Origin: an uncultured bacterium
GTDB lineage: Bacteria > Hydrothermota > UBA3072
Direction: 5' to 3'
NCBI GenBank assembly: GCA_964525555.1
Contig: CAZGHN010000006.1
Location: forward strand, 74,805-138,804
DNA length: 64,000 nt
A program made the position numbers and the translations under genes. Under the pieces are notes generated by a model. It saw only the letters and a program-made list of their open reading frames with translations. It made no database searches and was not told the origin of the DNA. This document shows positions 18,488 to 28,970 of the stretch, piece by piece. Within the stretch, counting starts at the first letter, position 1; the number at the start of each line of letters is the position of its first letter.

Positions 18488-20104
18488 ATGAAGAAAATTA
18501 TAGAATATTTAAGTATAATTATAATAATTTTTTCATTTTTAATAGTTCCTAATTTTTATGCCCAGAGTTGTAGTTGGAGAAATTATATAGATCTTCCAAG
18601 TGCAAATATTACAGACGGTTTTTTTGTTAATCTTAATAGTGGTTATGCCCTCGCAAGTGACGTAGAGAAGAATTTTGATGTAAACGGTTCCATTGAATAC
18701 GGTATTGCAGGTTTTATTGCAGGTATAAAAATCTATACAGAGAAAACATTTTGTCTTGATTTAGGATATCAATTTATGGATGAGAGCGGAGGTTTTCCGA
18801 GTTTAGCAATTGGAGTTGAAAATATTACAAATAACAAATTTGTATCTCCTCTTGGAGATTCAGGTATGGTTGACGAAGTATATGCTTCCAGGCCTCCGGA
18901 GGTTGCTTCTGCTTATCTGGTTGCTACAAAAAGTTTTGGTAGTAACTTTGAAATGACTTTTGGTTTAGGACGAGGAAGATTTGTAGGTTACGGTCCTCGA
19001 AGTAAGTATTTAAACTTTGATGCCTTTTCCGATGAAAAGCACCCGGATTTTATGTTTGGGCTTTTTACCGGTATGAAGTTTTCTTTACCTGTTGGAGTTT
19101 CATTCATTATTGAAACTGATGGTAGGGACGCTAATGTAGGTTTGGGATATGAATCGGGTATATGGAAGAGTACTTTGAGTCTCGATAAATTCGAACACCT
19201 ATTTGCCAGCGATGGAAATCCGTTGATAAATGCGCCATGGGTGAGTTTATCTTTGTCGATTAATCCCGTTGGAGGTGGAGGGAAGAAGTCTCGGTCTACC
19301 GGAACATTAAGAATAGCTTTAAAGGATAAAGGTACCGGAAATCCTATTCAGGGTAAAATCATTGTGTCTCAAGGTAATGTTGAAAGGACTTTTGAAGTTT
19401 CGACTACACAGAAAAGAGTGCTTCAATTGAAAGCCGGTGTTTATAAAATAACTGTTTTTTCTGCAGGATATAAAATGAAAACAGCAAATATCCCGGTCAA
19501 AGCCGGGAAAGACATGGAATTTGATATTAGTTTATCAAAAGTTATAAATCCTGCAGTGAAACAATCCATGGATTTAACAAAAGCAGCAGCATTTGATTAT
19601 AAATATGGTCGGTTTAAGGAAGCAAAACAAAAACTTGAAGAAGCATTGACTTTATATCCCAATAATAAAAAAGCACAGAAAGGTTTACAATTGATTGATA
19701 AAGCCTTTGCAGATAATGTTAGTTCCTTGAAGAGTAAGGCAAGAGCTCGTGAGTCTGCCGGAGATATAAAAGGTGCGATAGCATTGTGGCAGGAAGTTGT
19801 TGCATGGGAGAAAGACCCGTCCGCAACACAGAAACATATACAATCTTTGAGAAATAAATTAGCCGCTGCGAGTAGAAAAAAACCGGTTAGAAGAACTACT
19901 ACTTCTAAGGTTACAAGGAGGGCTCCGGCAAAAAAGAAGCCTTCTCTGTCAAAACAACAAATAACAGACCTTTATACTAAAGGTCTTAGTGCTTATTTTG
20001 ACGGTAATTATAAAGAAGCAATAAAATATTTTCAACAAGTGCTTAGCGCAGATCCTTCTCACGCACAAGCTAAGCGTTATCTGGGAGAAGCCAAGAAACA
20101 TTAA
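18488..20104 (+). CDS. secreted protein with carboxypeptidase-regulatory-like domain and C-terminal TPR repeats
   Basis: Signal peptide; beta-sandwich-like segment; TPR-like helical repeats. Confidence 0.55.
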   Translation: MKKIIEYLSIIIIIFSFLIVPNFYAQSCSWRNYIDLPSANITDGFFVNLNSGYALASDVEKNFDVNGSIEYGIAGFIAGIKIYTEKTFCLDLGYQFMDESGGFPSLAIGVENITNNKFVSPLGDSGMVDEVYASRPPEVASAYLVATKSFGSNFEMTFGLGRGRFVGYGPRSKYLNFDAFSDEKHPDFMFGLFTGMKFSLPVGVSFIIETDGRDANVGLGYESGIWKSTLSLDKFEHLFASDGNPLINAPWVSLSLSINPVGGGGKKSRSTGTLRIALKDKGTGNPIQGKIIVSQGNVERTFEVSTTQKRVLQLKAGVYKITVFSAGYKMKTANIPVKAGKDMEFDISLSKVINPAVKQSMDLTKAAAFDYKYGRFKEAKQKLEEALTLYPNNKKAQKGLQLIDKAFADNVSSLKSKARARESAGDIKGAIALWQEVVAWEKDPSATQKHIQSLRNKLAAASRKKPVRRTTTSKVTRRAPAKKKPSLSKQQITDLYTKGLSAYFDGNYKEAIKYFQQVLSADPSHAQAKRYLGEAKKH

Positions 20105-21084
20105 TGCTGTATAAAGATGCAGGTGTTGATATCCGAAAGGCAACCGATGCTCTTTCGGAGATTAAACATTTAATAAAGAATACTTTAACAAGTAATGTTC
20201 TAACTTCCCCCGGACATTTCGGAGCAACATATAAAATTCCGTCAGGATATAAAAACCCTGTACTTGTTTCATCGATCGATAGCGTTGGGACCAAGGTACT
20301 TGTAGCTATCGAGCATGGCTATTATGAGGGTTTAGGACGTGATATTGTAAATCATTGCGTTGACGATATTTTAGTAATGGGTGCTAAACCTATGTATATT
20401 CTGGATTATTTTGCCTCAGGTAAGTTAGATAATAAGGTATTGATTGACGTTGTGAAGGGTATGGCCGATGCCTGTCAGGAAAATGAATGCTCTCTCATTG
20501 GAGGAGAAACCGCTGAGATGCCTGATTTGTATGAAAGTAATATATTTGATCTTGCCGTTCAGATAACAGGTATAGTTGAACAGGATAAAATAATAGACGG
20601 GAGTAAAATTGAGGAAGGAGATAAAGTTTTTGGTCTTGCTTCTTCTGGTTTTCATACTAATGGTTATTCTTTGATAAGAGCAATTATAAAAAAAGTCGGG
20701 CTTCCTTTAGGCGATTATATAGAAGAATTGAATGGGGTTCTGGGAGATTTATTACTTGTGCCTCATAAATCTTACTATAAAGAAGTTTTTCCGCATTTGA
20801 GTGAAATAAAAGGTATTTGCCATATAACCGGAGGAGGTTTTTACGGAAATATTCCTCGAATTTTACCGCAAGGGCTTTCTTGTTATATAGATTCCAGTAG
20901 TTTTAAAGTTCCCGAGCTTTTTAGATTCGTTCAAAAGAAGGGAGAAATACCGGAAAGAGAAATGTTTTCTGTATTTAATATGGGTATAGGAATGATTTTG
21001 GTCTGTGAGAGAGATATTGGAGTAGGAACTCAAATTGGTGAAATTAGAAAGGGTGAGGTATCGGTAGAAATTAATGAGGTTTGA
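20104..21084 (+). CDS. purM: phosphoribosylformylglycinamidine cyclo-ligase (AIR synthetase)
   Basis: N-terminal YKDAGVDI and PurM fold motifs. Confidence 0.85.
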   Translation: MLYKDAGVDIRKATDALSEIKHLIKNTLTSNVLTSPGHFGATYKIPSGYKNPVLVSSIDSVGTKVLVAIEHGYYEGLGRDIVNHCVDDILVMGAKPMYILDYFASGKLDNKVLIDVVKGMADACQENECSLIGGETAEMPDLYESNIFDLAVQITGIVEQDKIIDGSKIEEGDKVFGLASSGFHTNGYSLIRAIIKKVGLPLGDYIEELNGVLGDLLLVPHKSYYKEVFPHLSEIKGICHITGGGFYGNIPRILPQGLSCYIDSSSFKVPELFRFVQKKGEIPEREMFSVFNMGIGMILVCERDIGVGTQIGEIRKGEVSVEINEV

Positions 21085-21655
21085 CTTATTTAAAACAAGA
21101 AGAAATATAATATCGATTTTAGTGTCGGTAGTCATTGCGATTATTCTTTGGTATTATGCAAAAACTAATGAAACTATTGTTATTGAAAGTACTCTTATGG
21201 TGCAAATAAAAACCCCTAAAAATATAATTGTAAAAGGGGTATCTGCAGATTCAATTGTTTTGAGGATAAGAGCAAAAAAGAGACAGCTTAATATGTTGAA
21301 AAAAGTCTCTCCCATAATTAAATTATCATATGATTTTCCAGGTATTTATAAATTCAAACTTGAGGAGAGTAAACTTTCTTTTCCTATTCTTTTAGGTATC
21401 GATGATTTTGAAGTAGAATCTCCGGATTCTATTCAGGTAGAGCTTGACTCTTTAGTTAGAACGGAAGTTAGTATTACTTCCGTTAAAGGTAAAGCTTTTG
21501 AGCCTGATAAGGTTACAATAGTGGGTCCAAAAAGTATGGTGTCAAATATTGAATATCTTTCTCCTGATTCTATTCCAAAAGGAATTTTTACAACTATTAC
21601 AATAGATAATCCTTTAATCGAGGTTTTTCCGAATAAAATAAGAGTGAGACAGTGA
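21074..21655 (+). CDS. membrane-anchored hypothetical protein (YbbR-like?)
   Basis: N-terminal TM helix; translationally coupled between purM and tsaD. Confidence 0.4.
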   Translation: MRFDLFKTRRNIISILVSVVIAIILWYYAKTNETIVIESTLMVQIKTPKNIIVKGVSADSIVLRIRAKKRQLNMLKKVSPIIKLSYDFPGIYKFKLEESKLSFPILLGIDDFEVESPDSIQVELDSLVRTEVSITSVKGKAFEPDKVTIVGPKSMVSNIEYLSPDSIPKGIFTTITIDNPLIEVFPNKIRVRQ

Positions 21656-22629
21656 TAATCCTTGGACTAGAAACTTCTTGTGATGAGACAGGCGTAGCTC
21701 TTTTGGAAAACGAAAGGGTTTTAGCTAATAAAGTTTACTCTCAGCAGATTCATAGCAGGTTTGGTGGAGTTGTACCCGAGATAGCCTCGCGTGAACACAC
21801 CGAAAGATTACTTGCAATGACTAAAGAAATATTTGAAGAAAACAATATTTCCGTTAATGAAATTGATGGTATTGCTGTAACTTATGGTCCTGGTTTACTT
21901 TGTTCTCTTCTGATTGGTTTGAATTTCGTAAAAGGATTATCTTATTCAAGTGGAATTCCTTTTGTGGGTGTTAATCACCTTGAATCGCATATTTATTCGC
22001 CTTTTATTAGCTTTGATGAGTATTCTTATCCTTTTCTTTCTCTTTTGGTTTCAGGAGGACATACATCAATAGTGAAAGTTAATGATTTCAGAAACTATGA
22101 AGTCCTTGGTTCGACTCTTGATGATGCTTGCGGTGAGAGTTTTGATAAAGTTTCTAAACTTATCGGACTTGGATATCCCGGAGGTCCTGCAATTCAGAGT
22201 TTTGCTGAAGATGGAGACGAAAATGCCTTTAATTTCCCGGTTCCGGATCCCCAAGCTCTGGATTTTTCCTATTCTGGATTAAAGACCAGTGTTCTTTATA
22301 CATATCGGGATATGTCACAGGAGGAAAGAGTTTTAAGAATTCATGATATAGCTGCTTCTTTTCAAAAATCGGCAATAAGCTCATTGATTCTTAAATTAAA
22401 AAGAGCTATGAAGATAACGGGGATTAAAAAAGTAGCGGTAGCGGGCGGAGTTTCGGCAAATAAATTTTTAAGGAAGAGTCTTGAGGGATTGGATATACAA
22501 TGGATTGCACCCGAAAACCAATATACAGCCGATAACGGAGCAATGATTGGTTTTTTGGGTTATAAACTTTTAAAAGAAGGAATAACTTCAGACTTTAGTC
22601 TAAAAGCAGAACCACGTTTGTTTCTTTAA
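21652..22629 (+). CDS. tsaD: tRNA N6-adenosine threonylcarbamoyltransferase
   Basis: N-terminal ILGLETSCDETGVAL and Kae1/TsaD motifs. Confidence 0.85.
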   Translation: MIILGLETSCDETGVALLENERVLANKVYSQQIHSRFGGVVPEIASREHTERLLAMTKEIFEENNISVNEIDGIAVTYGPGLLCSLLIGLNFVKGLSYSSGIPFVGVNHLESHIYSPFISFDEYSYPFLSLLVSGGHTSIVKVNDFRNYEVLGSTLDDACGESFDKVSKLIGLGYPGGPAIQSFAEDGDENAFNFPVPDPQALDFSYSGLKTSVLYTYRDMSQEERVLRIHDIAASFQKSAISSLILKLKRAMKITGIKKVAVAGGVSANKFLRKSLEGLDIQWIAPENQYTADNGAMIGFLGYKLLKEGITSDFSLKAEPRLFL

Positions 22630-22658
22630 TTTTACCGCAGAAGACACAAAGAATAAAA

Positions 22659-22802
22659 ATAGGATTAGAAGCAGTGCAAGTCAGCAATTCTGGGATTATG
22701 GATTAAGTGGTAGTTTCTTTCTTAATCCTCGCTTTTCTTCGAAGCTTCTCATCTAATCCTTAATCCTAGCTCGACTACCAGGTGTTCTACTAATCCTCGA
22801 AA
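22659..22802. repeat. ~145-bp interspersed element (family R1, subtype i)
   Basis: Near-identical to 25128..25271 over about 110 bp; first ~55 bp shared with 28204.. and 29061.. Confidence 0.75.
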
Positions 22803-22854
22803 CCTTGCCCCCTAAACTTTAATCAACTACGAGCAAGGAACAAAGAACTCTTTA

Positions 22855-25002
22855 TTACCTTATCCTTATTACTTTCTTTGAAATTTTAATGTTTCCTGAT
22901 TTTAGTATACCAAAGTACAATCCCGACCCGAGTTTATTGCCTGAATGGTCGCTTCCGTCCCACAAAATAATTGTTGGAGAAGAGCTATTATTTTCTAAGG
23001 AAAAGGATTTTACCAGCTGTCCGTTTACGTTATAAATGGAAAAAGCGGCATCTTTTATGCTATTGTTACCGGCTAGATAGAGAATAAATTCCGTTCTATT
23101 GCTGAAAGGATTAAGCGAGATATTGAAACTTAGAGGTATTGAGTTGTTTGTAGGGGTTTCTATACCTGCTTCTTCATCCTGAAGGACCCAGACTGTTCCA
23201 CCCTCGTGACACATTACGTAGATTTTGTTCGTTTGCGAATTTACTCCAACTTCCCAGGGGGCATCTCCGACTTCGATAGTCGTAATCACGGAATCTGTAT
23301 TTCCGTCAATTACACTGGTATTGTCATTATACTCATTTGCTGCAAAGATGTGGTTCGACTGTGGGTTTACACCTAGTCCTTTTGGCCAGTTTTCGACATC
23401 AATAGTGTCAATCACTAAGTTAGTAGCCCCATCGATTACATGGATACTATCGCATGCAACATATATTCTGTTTGTCTGTGGGTTTATGGCGATCCCTTCA
23501 GGCCAGCTGCCGACCGCAATAGTGTCAATCACGGAGTCAATAGCACCATCGATTGCAACAACACTGTGATTATCCGATTCTGTCACATATATCCGGTTTG
23601 TTTCCGGATTTATGCACATTCCTGATAGCCAGCTTCCAATTGCAGCTGTATCAATAACGGAGTTAGTTGTGCCGTCGAGTACGACAACCTTAGTATTATC
23701 TTCTATTACATATATCCGGTTTGTTTGCGGATTTACGGACATATCTGATATCCAGCTTCCAATTGCAATAGTATCGATCAAGGTGTTAGTAGTTCCGTTA
23801 ATAACGCTAACCTCGTTCTCAGTTCCTACATATATCCGGTTTGTTTCCGGATTCACGCAAACTTCTGACGTATAACCTCCGAGTTCAATGCTGGTAATCA
23901 TGGAGTTGGTAACTCCGTCAATTACGTTGACGCTGTAGCTTTCTCCAGTTGTTACATAAGTTCGGTTTGTTTGTGGATTTACGGCAATATCATTGGGTTG
24001 AACTCCAAGCACGATAGTAGTAATGAGGGTGTGGGTAGTTGCGTCAATCACACTGGCAGTGTGGTTCCAATAATTCGCCGTATATATACGGTTCGTTTTC
24101 AGATTTATAGCAAGCTCCCGCGGTTCGCCTCCAAGTGCGATGGTATCAATAAGTGAATCGAGTGTTACATCAAACACGGTAATAGCGTAGTTGTTTCTGT
24201 CTAAAGAGTAAAGATGGTTGGTTTGTGGGTCTAGACTTATACTGGATGGTCTATGTCCGACATCAATAGTGTCAATCACAGAGTCAGTCTCACCGTCAAT
24301 TACAAAAATGTTACTATAATCATAATTTGCAACATAGATTAGATTTTTTATAGTATCTACCTCAACTCCGAGAGGTCGGTTTCCAACATCAATAGTGTCA
24401 ATCACGGAATCTATAGTTCCGTCAATTACGTGAACATCTTCATCAGCCCAGTTCGTTACATATATGCGCCTGGTTTTTGGATTTGCATCGATTCCATTTG
24501 GCATATTTCCAACCGTAATAGTAGTGATCAAAGAGTTGGTATTGGCATCGATAACACTAACATTGTCGTCACCTTCATTTGCCGTATAGATGAGGTTATT
24601 CTTTGGGTCTATGCTAATTTTATCGGGAGAGTTTCCGATTGCAATAGAATCAATTATGGAGTCAGTTGTCCCATCAATCACATAAATATTGTCGGTGGCC
24701 GGATTTGTCGTGTAAATAAGGTTTGTTTCAGAATTCACTCCGATTTCCCTTGCTGCGTTTGCTAATTCAATAGAGGCAATGACAGAATTGGTTGTACCGT
24801 CGATCACGGAAACATTGTCTGTGAATAAATTTACCACATAGATACGGTTTGTCGCATCATTTACATCAATTGCTGTAGGGCGCAATCCGTTTCCCGATTC
24901 TGGGCGAAGGTATATTGTATCAATAACCGTAACCTGGCTGAACCCAATAATTGTGTAACAGAATATTATAACTGACAATGCGCCTTTTTTTGAAAAAAAC
25001 AT
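22855..25002 (-). CDS. YVTN-family beta-propeller repeat protein with T9SS-type C-terminal sorting domain
   Basis: Many ~43-aa repeats (N..IYV.N..sv.ViDg.T); signal peptide from ATG 25002 with RBS AAGGAG; C-terminal beta-sandwich tail. Confidence 0.7.
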   Translation of the reverse strand: MFFSKKGALSVIIFCYTIIGFSQVTVIDTIYLRPESGNGLRPTAIDVNDATNRIYVVNLFTDNVSVIDGTTNSVIASIELANAAREIGVNSETNLIYTTNPATDNIYVIDGTTDSIIDSIAIGNSPDKISIDPKNNLIYTANEGDDNVSVIDANTNSLITTITVGNMPNGIDANPKTRRIYVTNWADEDVHVIDGTIDSVIDTIDVGNRPLGVEVDTIKNLIYVANYDYSNIFVIDGETDSVIDTIDVGHRPSSISLDPQTNHLYSLDRNNYAITVFDVTLDSLIDTIALGGEPRELAINLKTNRIYTANYWNHTASVIDATTHTLITTIVLGVQPNDIAVNPQTNRTYVTTGESYSVNVIDGVTNSMITSIELGGYTSEVCVNPETNRIYVGTENEVSVINGTTNTLIDTIAIGSWISDMSVNPQTNRIYVIEDNTKVVVLDGTTNSVIDTAAIGSWLSGMCINPETNRIYVTESDNHSVVAIDGAIDSVIDTIAVGSWPEGIAINPQTNRIYVACDSIHVIDGATNLVIDTIDVENWPKGLGVNPQSNHIFAANEYNDNTSVIDGNTDSVITTIEVGDAPWEVGVNSQTNKIYVMCHEGGTVWVLQDEEAGIETPTNNSIPLSFNISLNPFSNRTEFILYLAGNNSIKDAAFSIYNVNGQLVKSFSLENNSSSPTIILWDGSDHSGNKLGSGLYFGILKSGNIKISKKVIRIR

Positions 25003-25127
25003 ATACTTCTCCTTATTTTTACAGACAAATATATTTTGTTTTCCTATTATGTCAACCATTTACTTATAAAAATATCAGTTTATTACTTATAAGGTATTTT
25101 TGTTGCAGAGAGAACACAGAGAATAGA

Positions 25128-25271
25128 ATAGGATTAAAAGTAGAGCAAGTAGGATGTTCAAGGATTATGGATTAAGTGGTAGTTTCTTTCTTAATCCTCG
25201 CTTTTCTTCGAAGCTTCTCATCTAATCCTTAATCCTAGCTCGACTACCAGGTGTTCTACTAATCCTCGAAA
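25128..25271. repeat. ~145-bp interspersed element (family R1, subtype i)
   Basis: See 22659..22802; together they flank the YVTN gene as direct repeats. Confidence 0.75.
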
Positions 25272-25275
25272 TCTT

Positions 25276-26163
25276 TCATTCAAAATGTCTATATCCCCTT
25301 GGGGGAGTGAGTTCGTCGTCGATGTAAACACCTTTTCCGTTTGTTACATACCCGATTTCACGGACAAATTTCTCCTTTATATCATCCGGGGAGGTAAAAA
25401 GGAGTTCAAATTCTTCTCCTGATGTCAAAATTGATTCTTTTAAATCAAGAGAATGTTTTTTAGCAAATTGCTTACATTCAGGATGTTGAGGTATATTTTT
25501 GAAATATATATTAAGTCTTTTTCCGCTTTCTTTCGATATATGGTTGGAGTCTATTAAAAATCCATCTGATATATCTATCATAGAATTGATTCGGTATTTT
25601 TTTGTAAGCTTAATAGCTTCTTCGCATCTTATTTCAGGTTTTAGGTGATATTTGGTTACAGGGGATTTTACATTGTTCTGTAATGCGAAGAATCCCATAT
25701 AGGCTCCGCCAAGATTTCCGGTCAGGTAAATTTTATCATCTTTTTTTGCACTGGAGCGTAGTATTGGTTTTTTTGTAGTACCTACAACTGTAATAGATAG
25801 AAATAAAAAAGGGGATCTTGCTGTGTCTCCTCCCAGTAATTTGACGGAATATTTTTTCTCGAGGTATTGCATTCCGCGAAAAATTTCTTTGATTTCTTTA
25901 ATAGTTTGATTTTGTCTGATTCCAAGGTTTAGAAAATACGAATTTGGTTTGCCGCCTGAGGCTGAAATGTCAGATAGGGCAGAAGCCAGGGCTTTGTATC
26001 CGATATTATAAGGGGAAAAAATAGAGGGAGTAAAATGTACTCCCTCTATAAATGAATCTGTACTTACGATCTGTTTGCGGCTTATTTTAACTGTATCATT
26101 TCCAATCCAGGCTCTGTTTCTTCTTAGGGTCTGGATTATTTGTTGTTCCAGATCGTTAAATAT
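25276..26163 (-). CDS. thiL: thiamine-monophosphate kinase; N-terminus lacks a canonical start codon
   Basis: Frame open from stop at 26185-87; upstream part encodes IGNDTVKI...STDSFIEGVHF...YKALASALSD...GGDT matching ThiL; ORF track starts at internal ATG 25872. Confidence 0.6.
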   Translation of the reverse strand: MFNDLEQQIIQTLRRNRAWIGNDTVKISRKQIVSTDSFIEGVHFTPSIFSPYNIGYKALASALSDISASGGKPNSYFLNLGIRQNQTIKEIKEIFRGMQYLEKKYSVKLLGGDTARSPFLFLSITVVGTTKKPILRSSAKKDDKIYLTGNLGGAYMGFFALQNNVKSPVTKYHLKPEIRCEEAIKLTKKYRINSMIDISDGFLIDSNHISKESGKRLNIYFKNIPQHPECKQFAKKHSLDLKESILTSGEEFELLFTSPDDIKEKFVREIGYVTNGKGVYIDDELTPPRGYRHFE

Positions 26164-26168
26164 TTTTA

Positions 26169-26444
26169 CTACTTTACAGCGTCTTTAAGGCTTTTGCCTG
26201 CACGGAAAATAGGAACTTTTCGCGCTGGAACTCTTACTGTCTGATTCGGTTTCTGGGGATTCCTTGCGATTCTTGCTTTCCTGTGTTTGACGTCAAAAAC
26301 TCCAAACCCTACCATTACTACTCTGTCGCCCTTTTTCAGTGCCTTGACGATATTGTTGATGAGACTTTCTGTCATTTCTTTGGCTTCTGATTTTTTGCAC
26401 CCACAATCTTTCGCTACTGCGTCAATCAATTCCTTTTTATTCAT
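26169..26444 (-). CDS. hup: HU-family DNA-binding protein
   Basis: MNKKELIDAVA...GFGVF...PARKVP typical of HU/IHF. Confidence 0.85.
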   Translation of the reverse strand: MNKKELIDAVAKDCGCKKSEAKEMTESLINNIVKALKKGDRVVMVGFGVFDVKHRKARIARNPQKPNQTVRVPARKVPIFRAGKSLKDAVK

Positions 26445-26818
26445 TTAATAGCCTCCTTTTATTGTTACATAAGAAGTTTAAGCATTTTTGCTTATATGTC
26501 AAGGGTTTTTTTTAATATATGGTTAAAAATTTGCTAAAAGTCTTTTTTTATTTTTTAAACAAATTAGCTGTTTTTATGCAAATAAAACACAGAGCCAGCC
26601 TTTCTACGTGCCTTATTTTTTAGCCACAAAAGACACAGAGATTTTCTTTTATGTTTTTAAAGCTCAACGCACTACCTTGAATTAGCCGCAGATTTTCGCT
26701 TATAAATACGGGTTTCCCACCTACCCATTCTTTAATACTTTTTTGTTTTTAAATATTGAAATAAATTTTTTTAATCTGTGGGAATCCGTGGCTAATTTCG
26801 CCGGGGGTGGGGATGGGC

Positions 26819-26846
26819 TTGACAAGCGGGTTTTGATGGGTATATT
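26819..26846 (+). promoter_or_regulatory. strong sigma70-like promoter TTGACA-N16-TATATT with no ORF close downstream
   Basis: GTGGCTAA and GGGGGTGGGGATGGG tract immediately 5'; nearest + strand ORF starts at 27127. Confidence 0.45.
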
Positions 26847-27126
26847 CTATAAATCGACAAGGCCGATAAAATGTAAAAATAAAAATTCAAAATGGAAAAA
26901 TACAAATCAGAGTTCAAAAATATAAAAAAAAGAGAAATAACAAATTACACGAATAGCACAAAGGTTTTGGGGGGGTGGAGAAGAGATAATTTTACATTTT
27001 CATTTGTAATTTTGCTTTTTAAAATTTGATATTTTAATTATGAAAGAAATGAGATAATTTAAGTGAAATATTTTTTTGCAAGAAAAATAAAAAGTTAATT
27101 ATTTATAATGTAAAAACGGAGGATGC

Positions 27127-27381
27127 ATGCCGACATATGAATATGAGTGCTTAAAATGCAAGTATATATTCGAAAAATTTCAGGGAATAAAAGAGGAACC
27201 TTTGAAAAAATGTCCCAAGTGTGGTGGAAAAGTGAAAAGACTGATTGGTACAGGGGCAGGAATAATATTTAAAGGGAAAGGTTTTTATCATACTGATTAC
27301 AAAATATCGTCTAAAGATAGTATCGGTAAGAGAAAGTCGGAAATTAGTGAAAGTAAAAATTCGAGCAAGGATAAGGATTAA
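27127..27381 (+). CDS. FmdB-family zinc-ribbon protein
   Basis: MPTYEYECLKCKYIFE...CPKCGG. Confidence 0.7.
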   Translation: MPTYEYECLKCKYIFEKFQGIKEEPLKKCPKCGGKVKRLIGTGAGIIFKGKGFYHTDYKISSKDSIGKRKSEISESKNSSKDKD

Positions 27382-27401
27382 TAGTCATTAAAATATTAGT
27401 A

Positions 27402-28196
27402 ATGGGTTTTATCCTTTTTTTATCATTTATTTTTCTTGTATATTTGTATCTTAAGTATTATCAACACATTAAAATTTACGATCCCAGAGATAAATTATCT
27501 GCTTTTCCCGACGAGTTTGGAGTTGAATTTGAGGATGTAAATTTTTCCTCTCGAGATCAAGTATTGTTGAATGGTTGGTTTGTTAAGGGTGATTTAGATG
27601 ATGTTATTCTTTTCTGCCATGGTAATTATGGGAATATTTCAGTAAGAATAGATATTATTAAAGAATTGAATTTGCTTGGCTATAATGTTTTCATTTTTGA
27701 CTACAGAGGTTTTGGAATTAGTAATGGTGTGCCGAGTGAAAACGGTTTGTACTCCGATGGTCTGGGAGCTTACGATTACCTTAAAGAGAGGGGTTTTAGC
27801 GATAAAAATATTATAGTGTTCGGAAGATCCCTAGGAGCTGCGGTTGCTATCTTTCTTTGCGATTTAATTCATGGATTTAAGGGAATCATAATTGACAGCA
27901 CTTTCCAGTCATTACCGATCCTGGGTTATGATATACTTGGTTATAATCTTCCGAAGTTCTTAATATCGAATCGTTTCGAGTCTATTAAAAGGATAAAGAA
28001 CATAGAAATTCCGAAATTGATTATACATAGTGGGGAAGACGATTTAATACCTTTTCGCCATGGTGAAAAACTGTACGAGAAAGCAGTCGGACCTAAAGAG
28101 TTTCTTAAAATCCGGGGTTTGCATAATAATTGTATTTCGGAATCCAAAGATATTTATATGGCCGGGATCAAGGACTTTCTGAATAGTTTGGAATAA
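27402..28196 (+). CDS. membrane-anchored alpha/beta hydrolase
   Basis: N-terminal TM helix; nucleophile elbow GRSLG; downstream Asp/His. Confidence 0.65.
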   Translation: MGFILFLSFIFLVYLYLKYYQHIKIYDPRDKLSAFPDEFGVEFEDVNFSSRDQVLLNGWFVKGDLDDVILFCHGNYGNISVRIDIIKELNLLGYNVFIFDYRGFGISNGVPSENGLYSDGLGAYDYLKERGFSDKNIIVFGRSLGAAVAIFLCDLIHGFKGIIIDSTFQSLPILGYDILGYNLPKFLISNRFESIKRIKNIEIPKLIIHSGEDDLIPFRHGEKLYEKAVGPKEFLKIRGLHNNCISESKDIYMAGIKDFLNSLE

Positions 28197-28203
28197 ATTG
28201 GAG

Positions 28204-28348
28204 ATAGGATTAGAAGCAGTGCAAGTCAGCAGTTCTGGGATTATGGATTAAGTGGTAAGTTAAAATTTAGTCCAAAGTCCAAGGTCCTAAGTCCAAAGTC
28301 TTGAGTCAAAACTAAATCCTAAATCCCAAATCAAAACCCCTAGTATTA
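28204..28348. repeat. ~145-bp interspersed element (family R1, subtype ii)
   Basis: Near-identical to 29061..29204; together they flank gene 28440..28970 as direct repeats. Confidence 0.75.
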
Positions 28349-28439
28349 CTGATTTACTGATTCACTAATTTACTGATATACTGAAATTCCATTTCAAATA
28401 TTCAACAATTCGACCATTCAACTGATCCGAAGGATCTTT

Positions 28440-28970
28440 CTATCTAGAAGTTTTAAGGATTTGATCTAATAACTCATTATTTGTTTTTAATTCTTCCCAA
28501 ATAAGATCCGGGGAAGAGAAGCAGTCGAAAGGGTTTTTCTCATTCCATGAGATATGGTTTAAAGATAAATCTCCTTTTGGTCTAATGTAGAATCGGAATT
28601 CCCAGGTAAGTGGAGTTCCCAAATGGTAACTTATATAATATAAACGTATATATTTATTGCTGCCCGGAAGATAACTTGTGTTAATAAGGTTATATTCATA
28701 AAAATCTCCATATCGCCCATTCGGAGGTTCAATGAAAATACTGTCTAATTTAGTTCTATAATCATTTTTAGTTTTTTCTTTTGTGTCTTCATCCAAGTAA
28801 TAACCAGTTTCTTCAACTATCATTCGAGCGATTTTTTCTGTTCGTTTATTTTTGAGGTCATCGAAAAATTTTACAACAAATTCATTTACTTGTTTATCTG
28901 CTATTTGTTTATCTATTTTAGCTGTTATATATAAAGGAACGAACATAAGTATAAGAATATAAATTTTCAC
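28440..28970 (-). CDS. secreted hypothetical protein (GTG start) preceded by an rhs-core-like promoter module
   Basis: Signal peptide; upstream 28994-29025 is homologous to the rhs HLDRLGSP coding segment. Confidence 0.5.
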   Translation of the reverse strand: MKIYILILMFVPLYITAKIDKQIADKQVNEFVVKFFDDLKNKRTEKIARMIVEETGYYLDEDTKEKTKNDYRTKLDSIFIEPPNGRYGDFYEYNLINTSYLPGSNKYIRLYYISYHLGTPLTWEFRFYIRPKGDLSLNHISWNEKNPFDCFSSPDLIWEELKTNNELLDQILKTSR

